The notes: generated from the sequence alone by a model not told the origin. DNA of 64,000 nucleotides from an uncultured bacterium (GCA_963749495.1 CAVVMW010000014.1:224001-288000); one strand, 5' to 3'; counted from the stretch's first letter, positions 1-15,865 are shown. Numbers and translations: made by a program.

Positions 1-1203
1 AGGGCTGGGGCGAGGGGTCTGGATGGCCCGCCCCCCGCGCTTCGCGACCTTGGCCTGGCCTCGCTCCGGAACGGCGAGGCCGCCGTCGTGACCCTGTCCG
101 CCGGGGCCGGCAGCCGGTGGACCCAAGGCGCGGGCGTGGTCAAGGCCCTGCACCCGTTCTGCGAACTGGCCGGCGCGCACCGTACCTTCATCGAGACGCA
201 CCTGGCCAAGAGCCGCCTCGTCTCACGTCAGGCCGGCGCACCCGTGCCGCACCTCTTCACCACCAGCTACCTAACCCACGCGCCCATCGAGGAATTTCTC
301 CGACGCCAGGGAAATTACGGCTACGAGGGTCCGCTCTTCCTCTCGCCCGGCAGATCCGTGGGGCTGCGCCTGGTCCCCATGGTGCGCGACTTGCGCTTTG
401 CCTGGGAGGAGATGCCGCAGCAGATTCTCGACGAGCAGCAGCAAAAGGTGCGCGAGAGCCTCCGCCACGCCCTCATCAACTGGGCGCGCGGCGCCGGCGA
501 GGCCAGCGATTACACCGACAATGTGCCCCTGCAATGCCTCCATCCAGTCGGCCACTGGTACGAGGTGCCCAACCTGTTGCGTAACGGGGTCCTGGCCCGG
601 CTCCTGGCCCAGCGCCCGCAACTCAAGTACCTGCTCCTGCACAACATCGATACCCTGGGCGCAAACCTTGACCCCGCTTTGCTCGGCCTCCACATCCACA
701 GCGGCGCCTGCCTCACCTTCGAGGTCATCACCCGCCGCCTCGAAGACCGCGGCGGCGGTCTCGCCCGCGTCAACGGCCGCGTCCGGCTCGTCGAGGGCCT
801 GGCCATGCCCCGCGAGGAGGACGAGTTCGCCTTGAGCTATTACAACTCGAACACGTGCTGGATCGACCTGGACCGCCTGCTGCGCGCCTTCGGCCTCACG
901 CGCGCCGCCCTGAGCGACGAGGCGGCGGTCACCGCCGCCATCCGCCACCTGGCCGCCAGGATGCCCGCTTACATCACGCTCAAGGATGTCAAGAAACGCT
1001 GGGGCCACGGCCAGGAAGACATCTTCCCGATCACGCAGTTCGAGAAGCTGTGGGTGGACATGACCGGGCTGCCGGAGATCGAGTCCCGCTTCGTCGTGGT
1101 GCCGCGCCTGCGCGGCCAGCAACTCAAGGACCAGGCCCAACTCGACGGCTGGCTGCGCGACGGCTCCGCCGCCTCCGTCGAGGCCCTGTGCGAGTGGGAG
1201 TAG
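1..1203 (+). CDS. UTP--glucose-1-phosphate uridylyltransferase-family nucleotidyltransferase (5' partial)
   Basis: Frame open from position 1; motifs [37 protein letters not shown]. Confidence 0.75.
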   Translation, partial: RAGARGLDGPPPALRDLGLASLRNGEAAVVTLSAGAGSRWTQGAGVVKALHPFCELAGAHRTFIETHLAKSRLVSRQAGAPVPHLFTTSYLTHAPIEEFLRRQGNYGYEGPLFLSPGRSVGLRLVPMVRDLRFAWEEMPQQILDEQQQKVRESLRHALINWARGAGEASDYTDNVPLQCLHPVGHWYEVPNLLRNGVLARLLAQRPQLKYLLLHNIDTLGANLDPALLGLHIHSGACLTFEVITRRLEDRGGGLARVNGRVRLVEGLAMPREEDEFALSYYNSNTCWIDLDRLLRAFGLTRAALSDEAAVTAAIRHLAARMPAYITLKDVKKRWGHGQEDIFPITQFEKLWVDMTGLPEIESRFVVVPRLRGQQLKDQAQLDGWLRDGSAASVEALCEWE

Positions 1204-1214
1204 CCCCCCAGCCT

Positions 1215-2711
1215 ATGCAGAAACCGCGCCTGAGCTTCTGGCAGATCTGGAGCATGAGTTTTGGCTTCCTCGGCATCCAGTTCGGCTGGGGGCTGCAGAT
1301 GGCGAACATGAGCGCCATCTACAAGTACCTTGGCGCCAAGGAAGAGGAAATCCCCATGCTCTGGCTGGCGGCGCCCCTGACCGGGCTGCTGGTCCAGCCG
1401 ATCATCGGGTCCATGAGCGACCAGACCTGGTGCTGGCTGGGGCGGCGGCGGCCTTACTTCACCGTCGGCGCGGTCCTCTCAAGCCTCGCGCTGTTCTTCA
1501 TGCCGGACGCGCCGGCGCTGTGGGCCGCGGCCACGATGCTGTGGATTCTGGATGCCTCGATCAACATCAGCATGGAACCGTTCCGCGCCTTCGTCGCGGA
1601 CAAGTTGCCGGACGCGCAGCGGACGGCGGGCTTTGTGATGCAGAGCTTCTTCATAGGCATCGGCGCGGCGGTTGCCAATGCGCTGCCTGACATCCTGGGC
1701 CATTTCGGCGTCACCGGCAACGCGCCCAATGGCGTCCCTTACACCGTGCAATACGCCTTCAAGCTGGGCGGCCTGGTTTTCTTGTTGGCCGTGCTTTACA
1801 CCGTGGCCGCGTCGAGGGAATACCCGCCGGACAACCTCGAGGAATTCCGGCGCAAGAAGAGCGAGCGGGCCGGGTTCGGGGTGCAACCGGCCGCGCTGCT
1901 GTGGGGAGGGCTTGCCGGCGCGGCGCTCGGGGCGGCGCGCGGCGGCCTGGTCGACCAGCACCTGACCCCATGGCATGTGCTGGCGGGCGGCGCCATCGGG
2001 GCGGCGATCGGGGCGGTCCTGAGCGGCCCGCAGGTTGCCTCGGCGATCAAAGAGATGCCCACGACGATGAAGCAGCTTGCAGCGGTGCAGTTTTTCACCT
2101 GGCTGGGCCTGTTCTGCATGTGGATGTTCTTTGGCTTGGCCACCGCACAGCAGATCTTCGGCGCCACGGATCCCAAGGCCCCCGGGTTTGACGAGGGCAT
2201 CGCCCTCGGGGGCCGGGCATTTGCCTGGTATTCGGTTGTCTGCTTTGCCGTGGCCTTGGTGCTGCCGCTCCTGGCGCGGGTGACCAGCCGCAAGTTTGTC
2301 CATGGCCTGGCCCTGGCGGCCGGCGGCCTCAGCCTCCTGGCCACCGGTTTCATCCATGACCGCCTCCTGTGGCAGCTCACCATGGGCGGCGTCGGCATCG
2401 CCTGGGCTTCCATCCTGGCGATGCCTTACGCGATGCTTTCCGGGGCACTGCCCGCCCAGCGCATGGGCGTGTACATGGGCATCTTCAACTTCTGCATCGT
2501 CGTGCCGGAAATCCTGGCCGCCGTTGGACTCAAGCCCATCGTCAAGGGCCTGTTCGAGAATGACCCGGTCAAAGTCGTGATGCTCGGCGGGGTCTCGATG
2601 CTGGTGGCGGCGGCGCTGGTTGCGCGAGTCCGAGATGTTGGGGCGAGGAAGGAGCGCCCCGGCCATGAGGAACCGACGCCGGTTCCGGCGGGCGCAGACC
2701 CAAGACCTTGA
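1215..2711 (+). CDS. MFS sugar transporter (maltose/sucrose, SLC45-like)
   Basis: ATG 1215; motifs [43 protein letters not shown]; many TM segments. Confidence 0.9.
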   Translation: MQKPRLSFWQIWSMSFGFLGIQFGWGLQMANMSAIYKYLGAKEEEIPMLWLAAPLTGLLVQPIIGSMSDQTWCWLGRRRPYFTVGAVLSSLALFFMPDAPALWAAATMLWILDASINISMEPFRAFVADKLPDAQRTAGFVMQSFFIGIGAAVANALPDILGHFGVTGNAPNGVPYTVQYAFKLGGLVFLLAVLYTVAASREYPPDNLEEFRRKKSERAGFGVQPAALLWGGLAGAALGAARGGLVDQHLTPWHVLAGGAIGAAIGAVLSGPQVASAIKEMPTTMKQLAAVQFFTWLGLFCMWMFFGLATAQQIFGATDPKAPGFDEGIALGGRAFAWYSVVCFAVALVLPLLARVTSRKFVHGLALAAGGLSLLATGFIHDRLLWQLTMGGVGIAWASILAMPYAMLSGALPAQRMGVYMGIFNFCIVVPEILAAVGLKPIVKGLFENDPVKVVMLGGVSMLVAAALVARVRDVGARKERPGHEEPTPVPAGADPRP

Positions 2712-2763
2712 AGTCCGACCCGTCTGACTCGTCCGACTCGCCTGACAAAAGAGCCCGAGAACG

Positions 2764-4157
2764 CTATTGACCGGAGCGCTGGTAAATCCGCCACTCGAAT
2801 CCGTTGAGGCGAAAGAGCGGGAACTCGCCCGGCGGGCACGGGGGCATGCCCGTAATCCGCACCGGTTTGAATTCCTGGTTGTGCGCCACCTCCACCCAGC
2901 CGACCAGCGGGCGGTTGGAGAAGTTGATGAGCGCGACGAATTGCTCATTGGCCTCCAGGCGCATGAAGCTGACCAGGTCGGTCTCCTGGGAATTGCGCAG
3001 CCAGACCACGCGGTCATTGCGGAAGGCCGCGTGCTGCTTGCGCAGGCGGATGAGGTCGCGGTAGATGTCGCGGAACGGAGGACGGTCCTTGGGTTTCCAG
3101 AAGATCGGGAGCCTTTCGAACAGCGCCGGGTCGCCGGATTCGGTGGCATCGCCCACCTCCATGCCGTTGTAGAGCAGCGGGACGCCGTCCAGGCTGAACA
3201 TGAGCGCGGCGGCGGCCAGGGCGCCCCGGGCGCCGAACCGCGCCACGGCGCGGGCCTCATCGTGGTTATCCGAAAAGCGGAGGTGGAGGGAACGCTGGGG
3301 GAACTGCCGCCGCGACTCCTCCCAGGAGCGTTTGAATTCCGTGGCCGGCGCGCCGTTGAGCAGCACGTTATTGAGCGCCCCGTGCAACGGCCACGAGTAA
3401 TCGGCGTCAAAGGCCTTGACCAGCAGGTCGGGCTTGCTCGCCTCGGCCAGCAGCATGATGTCCGGCTTGAGGCCGGCCAACTCCCGCCGCGCCTGGTCCC
3501 AAAAGTCCGTGGGCACCATGAACGCCACGTCGCACCTGAAACCGTCCAGGTCGAACGTGGCGGGGTCGAGCCAGTGCTTGAGCATCGCGATCATGTACTG
3601 GCGCAGCTCGGCGTTCTGGTAATTCAGGCCGGCCACGTCCGTCCATGCGGGGTCCGGCGGGATGATCTTGCCGCCGGCGTCCTGCTTGTAAAACTCCGGG
3701 TGCTGCATCAAGACGCTGTCCCACGCGGTATGGTTGATCACCATGTCCAGGATGACCCGGAGCCCGCGTTTGTGGGCCTCCGAGACCAACCGCTTCAAAT
3801 CGGCCTCCGTGCCGTAATCGGGGTTGATCGCGTAATAATCCCGCACTGCGTAGGGCTCCCGAGCGTGCCCTTGCGCAGCTTCTGGCCCAGCGGATGGATC
3901 GGCATCAGCCACAGAATGTCCACCCCCAGGTCTTTCAGTTCGTCCAGCCGGGCGGTGACCCCGTTGAAGTTGCCCTCCAGCGAGAAATCACGCGGGAAGA
4001 TCTCATACACGATCCCGTCGCGCAGCCAGGTTGGCGCCGTCCGCGCCGTCTGCCGGTTGGCCTCCTGGCCGCGCAACGGCAGCGTCAGGAACGACAACCC
4101 GACAGAAAGCCACCTCAGAAAACCCGAACGAGTTGCCGGTCCCAAAGTCCTGTTCAT
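2764..4157 (-). CDS. GH13 alpha-amylase-family protein with signal peptide (frameshift ~3855)
   Basis: Joins ORFs 3795..4427 (YEIFPRDF, DLGVDILWLMPIHP) and 2764..3912 (DMVINH, DGFRCDVA, LAE, NHD); one C missing in GSPY. Confidence 0.9.
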
Positions 4158-4218
4158 GCCCTCGATTAGGGGCCAGCGCGGCGCTCTGCGCAACCAAAAA
4201 TTTTCCTTGAAAAAACTC

Positions 4219-4439
4219 TTGCGCGTTTGCGGGATTCGAGTATTCTCGCTCCCCTGTTCTTTGCGAGCTGGGTAACGGACCAGGCCCGGGCGGGGGCCTG
4301 CGGAGGCGCGAGAAAAAAAAGAGAAAAAAGGTATTGACTGCCGGCTGGGGACCAGTAAACTGCGCGTGTTGCCCGAAGTGGCGGCACCGGCTGAAAAAGT
4401 GAAGAAACCTGTTGACAGCCGGCACAACCGGGGTAAATT
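4219..4439 (+). promoter_or_regulatory. Three tandem sigma70-type rRNA promoters
   Basis: TTGCGC-16-TATTCT (4219-4246), TTGACT-16-TAAACT (4334-4361), TTGACA-16-TAAATT (4412-4439), each behind an A-rich tract. Confidence 0.75.
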
Positions 4440-4589
4440 GGTTGTGGAATAACTAAGGTCTGAGAGGCCGAGGTGAAGAGTGAATCGGCCCTCGGACTTT
4501 TTGTCCTCGAATCGGGGACTGAAAACTGCGGGGCGCGGCCGGAGACGGCGCAGGGGAGCGCACGAGATTTTTCGGGTGGAAACACCCGC

Positions 4590-4605
4590 TGCTCATTGAA
4601 AATTG
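4590..4605 (+). promoter_or_regulatory. boxA-like antitermination element in the rRNA leader (second copy 6859-6874 in the ITS)
   Basis: TGCTCATTGAAAATTG and TGTTCTTTGAAAACTG resemble rrn boxA. Confidence 0.55.
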
Positions 4606-4733
4606 AATTGTGCGATAAGTTAAGAGCCCCTTCAGAGCCATCCAGTTAGTGGGATGGCATTGAAGAGTTTTAAAGAAGTGATGGCCGCCCGGTTCTCACG
4701 GACCGGGCAAAGTCACGAATCAACTAACGTTTT

Positions 4734-6312
<1,579 letters not shown>

Positions 6313-6543
6313 ACACGGGTGCGGGGTCAAAACCGCACTCCAGGTCGATCAGCCCCTCGGGGCTGATTCGGGCTCGGCTTATCGCACAATTCAGTTTTCA
6401 GCGGGCGGCTGTTCTTTGGCTCTTGGCAAGTGGGCAAGTGGATGAGACTCGGCCCGCGCTCCCAGGTTCTCAGCTTCCCCGGCCCCGGGCCCGCCCGGCG
6501 GCCGGGCAACTTGAAAACCTGGTCGCAGTTCTGAATTGAAACC

Positions 6544-6619
6544 GGGGCTGTAGCTCAGTTGGTAGAGCGGTAGCTTTGCAAGCTATAGGTCGGGAGTTCG
6601 AGTCTCCTCAGCTCCACCA
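6544..6619 (+). tRNA. tRNA-Ala(TGC)
   Basis: GGGGCTG acceptor, TTTGCAA anticodon loop, GTTCGAGT T-loop, CCA end. Confidence 0.97.
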
Positions 6620-6678
6620 GCTTTCCAGTTTCAGATTTGAAATTTGAAATTCGAAATTCGAATTGCGGCCTGCCGCCT

Positions 6679-6755
6679 GGGCGTGTAGCTCAGTTGGTTA
6701 GAGCACGCGCTTGATAAGCGCGGGGTCACTGGTTCAAGTCCAGTCACGCCCACCA
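6679..6755 (+). tRNA. tRNA-Ile(GAT)
   Basis: GGGCGTG/CACGCCC acceptor, TTGATAA anticodon loop, GTTCAAGT, CCA end. Confidence 0.97.
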
Positions 6756-6988
6756 GCCCGGGCCGCAAGCCGGGGCCGGGAGCGGCCGCTTGCGGAAGAG
6801 ACGATTTTCCGGACGGAGTCAGCCGGGGGCGCAACCCTTGGCGGGGACGGTTCGGACCTGTTCTTTGAAAACTGCACATAGGTAGATAACTAGGGCAAAT
6901 TACAGTTCGCTGAGTTCCCCCTGCCCTTTCCTTGCCGGGAAAGGGCGCGCTCCCTCCAGAGTTGGAGAAAGAGCGGGGTCAACTTTGT

Positions 6989-9922
<2,934 letters not shown>

Positions 9923-10155
9923 GCTTTTCCCTTTCCTGCCCTCGGGCGGGGAGCGAGAGCGATTTTAACTCGCGAACGTAATTCCCTGTTTTCTCCTGTG
10001 TGCAGTTTCCAGAGAACAGGCGCCCAGCCGGCGGCGCTCGTCCGCCGCGGCTTGCGGCTCTTTGAATCAATTTTAGCGTGATCGGCGGATCCGTGGTCCG
10101 GCACGGCCTCCTTGCAGGCCAATCGCCAGCCATCGGCCGCCTGTCACCGACGCTT

Positions 10156-10272
10156 TTTTGGTGGCCATAAAGCTGTGGCCCGACCCGTTCCCATTCCGAA
10201 CACGGCCGTCAAACACAGTCTTGCCGATGGTAGTGGTTGTATAGCTTCCGCGAGAGTAGGTTGCCGCCAGAT
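10156..10272 (+). rRNA. rrf: 5S rRNA
   Basis: TGGTGGCCATA..CCCATTCCGAACAC..GCCGATGGTAG..GAGAGTAGG..GCCGCCA. Confidence 0.95.
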
Positions 10273-10281
10273 TCTTCTTCC

Positions 10282-10311
10282 AAGCCGGGGCGAAAGTCCC
10301 GGCTTTTCTTT
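10282..10311 (+). terminator. Intrinsic terminator of the rRNA operon
   Basis: AAGCCGGG/CCCGGCTT stem with GAAA-containing loop followed by TTCTTT. Confidence 0.8.
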
Positions 10312-10337
10312 GGCCTGGGGAGCGATCAAACCCGTCG

Positions 10338-10546
10338 GTCAGCCCACGGCGCCTTTTTGCCCCGAAGGGGCTTTCGACAATAGCCCGGCGTTTCAACGCC
10401 CGGTGAGCGCACCCAAGGAGCAGGTCCGTCCCGAAGGGACGGCTGAAAGCAGGGGGTTTTCTCAGTCGTCCCTACGGGACGAGGGTCCCTTTTGTGGCCT
10501 CCCCGGCGTTGAAACGCCGGGCTATTCTCAGGTGTCCCTCCGGGAC
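10338..10546. repeat. ~210-bp REPIN-like palindromic element (inverted copy at 61148-61356)
   Basis: AATAGCCCGGCGTTTCAACGCC and GTCCC-NNN-GGGAC palindromes; near-identical reverse-complement copy later in the window. Confidence 0.85.
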
Positions 10547-10631
10547 ACAACTCCCGAGGCGCATGCCCGACGCTTTTAATCGCAGCCTTGCCCTTGCGCG
10601 CCGTTGAACTTCAACTTAAACTTCAGCCCTG

Positions 10632-10898
10632 ATGAAGACCGTGACGATGTTGGAGTTTCGGAGGAACGCCCAAGGCATTCTCCGCCGGGTGGCCCAGGGG
10701 GAGCGGTTCCTCCTCTCGCATCGCAGGCGTCCTGCCGCGCGGTTGGAGGCGGTCGATGCCCCAGGCGCGTCGGATCCGGCGAACGATCCATTTCTGACGA
10801 TCGGCCGCCGCGCAGTCCCGAGCCCCAAAGGCAGGACCAGTCATGCGGACATAGACCGCTTCCTTTACGGACTGCGTGAGCTTTGCGTTGATGCCTGA
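10632..10898 (+). CDS. Phd/YefM-family antitoxin
   Basis: MKTVTMLEFRRNAQGILRRVAQGERFLLSHRRRPAARL matches the Phd N-terminal pattern. Confidence 0.75.
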   Translation: MKTVTMLEFRRNAQGILRRVAQGERFLLSHRRRPAARLEAVDAPGASDPANDPFLTIGRRAVPSPKGRTSHADIDRFLYGLRELCVDA

Positions 10899-10979
10899 GC
10901 TGAAGATCCAGGGTCCTTCACGGCCGACCACCACTTCCAGCAGGCCGGCTTCAATCCCCTCCTGCAGAAACGAGAGTGA
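10872..10979 (+). pseudogene. Internally deleted PIN/VapC toxin remnant
   Basis: RELCVDA joined directly to the VapC-like C-terminus FTADHHFQQAGFNPLL. Confidence 0.65.
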
Positions 10980-11022
10980 TTTTCCCTTGTCTTCGCCCGC
11001 CGATTTGTGTATTTCACACACT

Positions 11023-11283
11023 ATGAGACAAGCTACTGCCACCGCCGTTGCAAGAAACTTCGGCGAGTTCCTCGGCGAGGTGGAGCGCGGCCAAACCGTG
11101 CAGGTGCTAAAACATGGACGGCCAGTCGCGCGCATCGTGCCGGACTGCGGCTTTATGGACGGGAAGAAAGCGGCGGCGCTGTTTGCTGACCATGTTCCCG
11201 ATCCCGAGACCGCGGATGCCATCGAGAAGGAACTCGCCCGTTTGAGACAAGAGGAAGAGGATGCCCTGGCTCATCGATACTGA
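11023..11283 (+). CDS. Phd/YefM-family antitoxin
   Basis: MRQATATAVARNFGEFLGEVERGQTVQVLKHGRPVARIVP. Confidence 0.8.
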   Translation: MRQATATAVARNFGEFLGEVERGQTVQVLKHGRPVARIVPDCGFMDGKKAAALFADHVPDPETADAIEKELARLRQEEEDALAHRY

Positions 11284-11314
11284 TCAATGGGCTGCCCTTG
11301 TGGAAATCCGTTGA
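11261..11314 (+). pseudogene. Truncated PIN/VapC start
   Basis: Overlapping ATG behind a purine-rich RBS gives MPWLIDTD then a stop after 17 codons. Confidence 0.5.
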
Positions 11315-11486
11315 CAACGGCCTCTTCGGAAGAACGTGGCTGACCGGGGTCTTTGGACGAACCTCATCGTGAGGCGTCGCGGCAGGAATCCTCATCGTTG
11401 ATGCGGCTTGCGGAGGGAGGGGCTTGTGGCCATGCTCGTGGCATGCCGGTCCCAGGTGGCAATCTCAGGCAGGCCCAAGTTCTCCC

Positions 11487-12133
11487 ATGAAGGACAAACC
11501 GTTGTTCCGACTTCCTTCTCCGTTTTCATTCCTGTTGGTCCTGGTCATTGGCGCGGCTGTCTGCCGGGCCGGCGGGATCGACCTGCTCGAACGCTACCCG
11601 ACCAAGTTGACCGAGGGGGATGGGGAGGGCGGCCACGCCCGGGCCTGGCAATTCACGGGGGCTGATATCTTCAGTGTCTCAATGTCGTCCTGCGCCCAGG
11701 TGTGGACTGGGCCGGGCTGCGCGAGCAATGGCGTCCGAAGGTCGAGCAGTGCAAGAGCGCCGAGGAATTCGCCGGCGTCTGCGCCGAGTTGTTGAAACCG
11801 TTGCGCAACCTGCACGTCTGGCTGACGGTGTCGGGCAGGAATGTGCCGGTCTTCAACAGGCCCCGCGCCTCCAATTCCAATCCCTCGGCCCATCGCGCCA
11901 TCCTCGGGGAGTTGAAACGCCAGGGAAACGTCCAGTGGGCGGTCACGTCTGACCACGTCGGTTTCCTGGCGATCTATGGCTGGAGCGACTCGGCCATTCC
12001 GGGCCAGTGCGACGAGGCGCTGGAGGAGATGCGCGGGACGCGGGGCCTGGTGCTGGACGTGCGGCTCAACGGGGGCGGCAGCGAAGACCTGGCGCAGGAG
12101 GTCGCCGGGCGTTTCCTGTCCAGGCAGTTTTAG
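11487..12133 (+). pseudogene. S41-family peptidase fragments
   Basis: Signal-like start, frame break, then VDWAGLRE..GLVLDVRLNGGG; truncated before the catalytic Ser region. Confidence 0.7.
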
Positions 12134-12157
12134 AGGCGCGAGTGGCAAGCGCCCCCA

Positions 12158-12337
12158 GGCGGGCGCATCCCGACACAGCCCCCGCCGCCGGGGGCCGGAC
12201 CGGAGTGCGCCCGTCCGCGGGCGCAGCGACGTCCGGAGCCAGGGCAGCGGTCAAATACTCCAGTGCGCCTGCCCGCTCCGTCGCTGCTGCGCCCGGGGAC
12301 GGGCGCACTCCGGGGGCAGTGTCAGGATGCGCCCGCC
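12158..12337. repeat. Nested REP-like element: GGAGTGCGCCCGTCC unit (12200-12313; inverted copy 19168-19279) inside a 26-bp outer inverted repeat
   Basis: Direct comparison of arms and of the two copies. Confidence 0.8.
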
Positions 12338-12427
12338 AGGCTCTCCCGGCACTCGGCACTCGACACGCGACACTGCTGCCCGGATACTCTTGAACCAAGG
12401 TCCAAGACAATGAAAGTGACTTAGTAA

Positions 12428-15400
12428 ATGAAAAAGCATCCATCTCTGCTCGGGCGCATGACGCACCTGGCGGCGCGAACACTCCTGGGCGGAGCGTTCG
12501 CATTGGCGCCGGCGCACGAGGCCTCGGCTGCGCTCACGCACCGTTACAGTTTCACCAGTGACGCCACGGACTCCGTTGGCGGCGCCAATGGCAGTCTCGA
12601 AGGCAACGTGGTCATCAGCAATAACGCCGCGGTCTTTCCCGGCGTCTCGACCGACGACTACATCGACCTGCCGGGCGGCTTAATCGATGGGTACACCTCG
12701 GTCACTTTCGAGTTTTGGTGCAACGTGGGGTCCAATGGAGCGGGGGAAGAGATTTATGCCTTTGGCAACCAGGACGCCGGCCTGGGCGCCAACATGCTCA
12801 TGTTCACGCCCCACTCGGGCGCAAACGATTTCCGCATGAGCTACGCGCAGGCGGACCCTGGATACAGCGACGAGCACGTGGTCGCCGGCCAGCCCATCCT
12901 GGACAACCAGGGCCCGCGGTGCGTCGTCTGCGTGTATGACCCGCCGAACAACAGGATGGCACTCTATACCAATGGCCTTCCGGCCGGCGCGTTGTCTCCC
13001 GTCACGACCGGCGCGCCGGCCTTCTCCCTGACCAACATCAGCAATGTCTATTCCTGGCTGGGCCGTTCGCTCTATTCGGCCGACGCCCCATACAACGGCA
13101 CGATTGATGAGTTCCGGATTTACGATGCCCCGCTAAGCGCCCTGCAGGCGCTCGTGGACGACGCGGCAGGCCCGGACCGGGTGGTTGTTGACCCGGGGGC
13201 ACTCCAGTCGCTGAGCGTGTCTGCGGCCAACCTTGGTTCCGGCGCCAGCGAACAGGCGCGGTTGCTGGCCAACTTTGCCAACATCACCGGCGTGCCCGTC
13301 ACCTATTATGCCTCCAACTGGGTCAGCAGCGCCCCGGCCATCATTGCGGTGGACAGCTCGGGCAAGCTGAGCGCGGTGAGCGCCAGCATCAGTTCGGCCA
13401 CGATCAGCGCGATGTTCAACGGCCAGACCGGCACCGCCTCAGTAGCGATCAGCGCGCTGATCACCAACCTGGCCCTCACGCCCCCCTCGGCCCCGGTGGT
13501 CAGGGGCAGCGCCCGGCTCTTCACCGTCATCGCCAGTTACAGCGACGGCACCACCCTGGATGTGACCGGGCCATGCAGCTACTCCTCCAGCGCGTCGAAC
13601 GTGCTCTCGGTGGCCTCGACTCCCACCGGGATGAAAGTGGTTGCCTTCACCAACGGCACGGCGAGCCTGACCGCCAGTTGCAAGGGCAAATCGGACGCCA
13701 AGACGATCAGCGTGAGCGCGCCGGCGCTGACCCACCGCTACAGCTTTAACGACCCCCCAACCAATCCCGATCTGACGCCCAACACCAACATCGTCGATTC
13801 GGTTGGCAGGGCCAATGCCGTGCTCCTGGGAAACGGGGGCGCGCTCCTCGGAACATACGTGTTCCTGGATGGGGGCAGCGCCGACACCGAGCACGGCTAT
13901 GTCCAGTTGCCGCCGGACCTCTTCACCAACTATGGCGCCGTTACCTTCGAGACCTGGGTCACCGACGACGGCAGCCTGGATTCGGCGCCAATCTTCGACT
14001 TCGGCCTGAACACGACGCGTTATATGTCCCTCTCACTGCCCAGCGCTTACCTGGGCTTCTTGCGCGGGTCCTACACCATCGGCGGCGAGGGCGCGGAACA
14101 GGTCGTCCAGATGATCGGACGCCCCCCCGCCAACACCCCGGTTCACATTGTCTGGACCAGCGACGGCGCCGCTCAGATGGGCCGCCTCTATGCCAACGGT
14201 CTGCTGGTGGGCACGAATAACAACCTGGCCTTGACGCCTGAAGACATCGGCACAACAACCAACAACTGGCTCGGCCGCTCGCAGTATGCCGACCCGTATT
14301 TCGCCGGGACCATTGACGAATTGCGCATCTACAACGGCGCCCTCGACCCGCTCACGATTGCGATCAACTCGGCCGCCGGACCGGATGTCATCCCCAACGC
14401 CGGCGCGCTGGCCTCGCTCACCCTGACGCTCACCAATGCTTTGTGCGCCGGCCAGGCGCAGCAAGCGGCCTTGACGGGCAATTTCGCCAATGTGGCCGCC
14501 GTTCCGATGACGACTTGCCCGCAAGTGCAGTATTCTTCGAGCAATCCCGATGTCGCCGCCGTCAATGCCCTGGGCGTCGTCGTCGCCATCAGCCCGGGCA
14601 ACGCCACCATCACCGCCGCCGCCCTGGGCAAGACCGCCGCCGCCGCCATTGTTGTCAACCCGGCGGCGATGACTCACCGCTGGAGTTTCAGCGATGCCCC
14701 CGGCAGTGGCACTGTCCACGATTCGGTTGGCGCGGCCGACGGCACGATCTCCGGCAACGTGGTGCAAACCGGCACCCAGGCGGTCTTCGACGGCTCCGCT
14801 GGGACCTTTATCCTGCTGCCCAACGACCTGTTCACCAATTACGACTCGACCTCCTTCGAGACCTGGTTCACGGACAACGGCTCGGGCGTCTGGGCGCGCC
14901 TGGTGGACATCGGCAATACGAGCGCCCGGTATATGTACCTGGACGCCGTCGGGCCCGACGGCCAGGTCCGGGCTGCCTACAACACCGGCTCCGGCGAAAA
15001 CAACAACGTCATCACCTATGGCTCACAACCCGCCACGGGCACGGAACACTACATGGTTTTCACCCAGAACGGCGTCACGCACACGGCCAGGCTCTATATT
15101 GACGGCCTCAAGGTCGTTGAAAACCAGAACTTCACCGCCAAGCCCAGGGAAGTGGGGCCGACACCCTCATCCTACATCGGCAAGTCGCAGTACAACGACC
15201 CCTATTTCAACGGCAGCATCAACGAACTGCGGACCTGGATTGGCGCGCTAACGCCGCAGCAGGTGGCCCTGAACTTTGCCGCCGGGCCCGATGCCATAGG
15301 CGTTCCGGCCACCGTCTCGCTGACCATTGTCCAGGGCATTGTCGAGGGCGCCCACTCGGTCATCATCTCCTGGCCGGCCAACTCGAGCACGGCGGGCTAC

Positions 15401-15544
15401 TCGCTCCAGTCCAGCCCGGCGCTGGGCGCGGGCGCAACCTGGGGCGCCGTCCCGGGAACCCCCGTCATCGTCAACAACACCTGCCAACTCACCGTGCAGG
15501 TCACCGGCCGGGAGGCCTTCTTCCGCCTGGCCCAGGGCCCTTGA
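12428..15544 (+). CDS. Secreted protein with three LamG-like domains and Ig-like (Big_2) domains
   Basis: Signal peptide; THR(Y/W)SF..DSVG..G(R/K)S..G(T/S)I(D/N)E repeated three times; SSNPDVAAV Ig motif; C-terminal ..FFRL domain. Confidence 0.85.
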   Translation: MKKHPSLLGRMTHLAARTLLGGAFALAPAHEASAALTHRYSFTSDATDSVGGANGSLEGNVVISNNAAVFPGVSTDDYIDLPGGLIDGYTSVTFEFWCNVGSNGAGEEIYAFGNQDAGLGANMLMFTPHSGANDFRMSYAQADPGYSDEHVVAGQPILDNQGPRCVVCVYDPPNNRMALYTNGLPAGALSPVTTGAPAFSLTNISNVYSWLGRSLYSADAPYNGTIDEFRIYDAPLSALQALVDDAAGPDRVVVDPGALQSLSVSAANLGSGASEQARLLANFANITGVPVTYYASNWVSSAPAIIAVDSSGKLSAVSASISSATISAMFNGQTGTASVAISALITNLALTPPSAPVVRGSARLFTVIASYSDGTTLDVTGPCSYSSSASNVLSVASTPTGMKVVAFTNGTASLTASCKGKSDAKTISVSAPALTHRYSFNDPPTNPDLTPNTNIVDSVGRANAVLLGNGGALLGTYVFLDGGSADTEHGYVQLPPDLFTNYGAVTFETWVTDDGSLDSAPIFDFGLNTTRYMSLSLPSAYLGFLRGSYTIGGEGAEQVVQMIGRPPANTPVHIVWTSDGAAQMGRLYANGLLVGTNNNLALTPEDIGTTTNNWLGRSQYADPYFAGTIDELRIYNGALDPLTIAINSAAGPDVIPNAGALASLTLTLTNALCAGQAQQAALTGNFANVAAVPMTTCPQVQYSSSNPDVAAVNALGVVVAISPGNATITAAALGKTAAAAIVVNPAAMTHRWSFSDAPGSGTVHDSVGAADGTISGNVVQTGTQAVFDGSAGTFILLPNDLFTNYDSTSFETWFTDNGSGVWARLVDIGNTSARYMYLDAVGPDGQVRAAYNTGSGENNNVITYGSQPATGTEHYMVFTQNGVTHTARLYIDGLKVVENQNFTAKPREVGPTPSSYIGKSQYNDPYFNGSINELRTWIGALTPQQVALNFAAGPDAIGVPATVSLTIVQGIVEGAHSVIISWPANSSTAGYSLQSSPALGAGATWGAVPGTPVIVNNTCQLTVQVTGREAFFRLAQGP

Positions 15545-15550
15545 CAAGGT

Positions 15551-15686
15551 CGTAGCGCAGGTTTCCAAACCTGCTGTATCGCCGACTTCCAGTCGGCAGG
15601 GCGTCGGCATGTCGAGCGCCCCCGGTTTGCGGACGGCCTGCGGGTTGGAAACCCGCGACACAGCAGGTTTGGAAACCTGCGCTACG
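15551..15686. repeat. GTAG-class REPIN-like element
   Basis: CGTAGCGCAGGTTTCCAAACCTGC ... GCAGGTTTGGAAACCTGCGCTACG with internal palindromes. Confidence 0.85.
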
Positions 15687-15865
15687 CTGGCGCCCCTGGC
15701 GACTTTGTGAATGGCCCTGCCGCCCGGCGCAGTAGGCGACGGATTGGATTGACTTGGGACGGCGTCCGGATGAATAATCCGCTCGCAGTGTCAAGACACG
15801 CATTGTCCCCGGCCGTCTGCAAGGCGCGCCGGCCGCCGGGACATTCACACTGGAAAGCAGAACTT

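Noticed and set aside
15542..15551. TGACAAGGTC at two gene stops (also 60922-60931)
   Set aside because: A 10-bp match that can arise by chance; no further similarity
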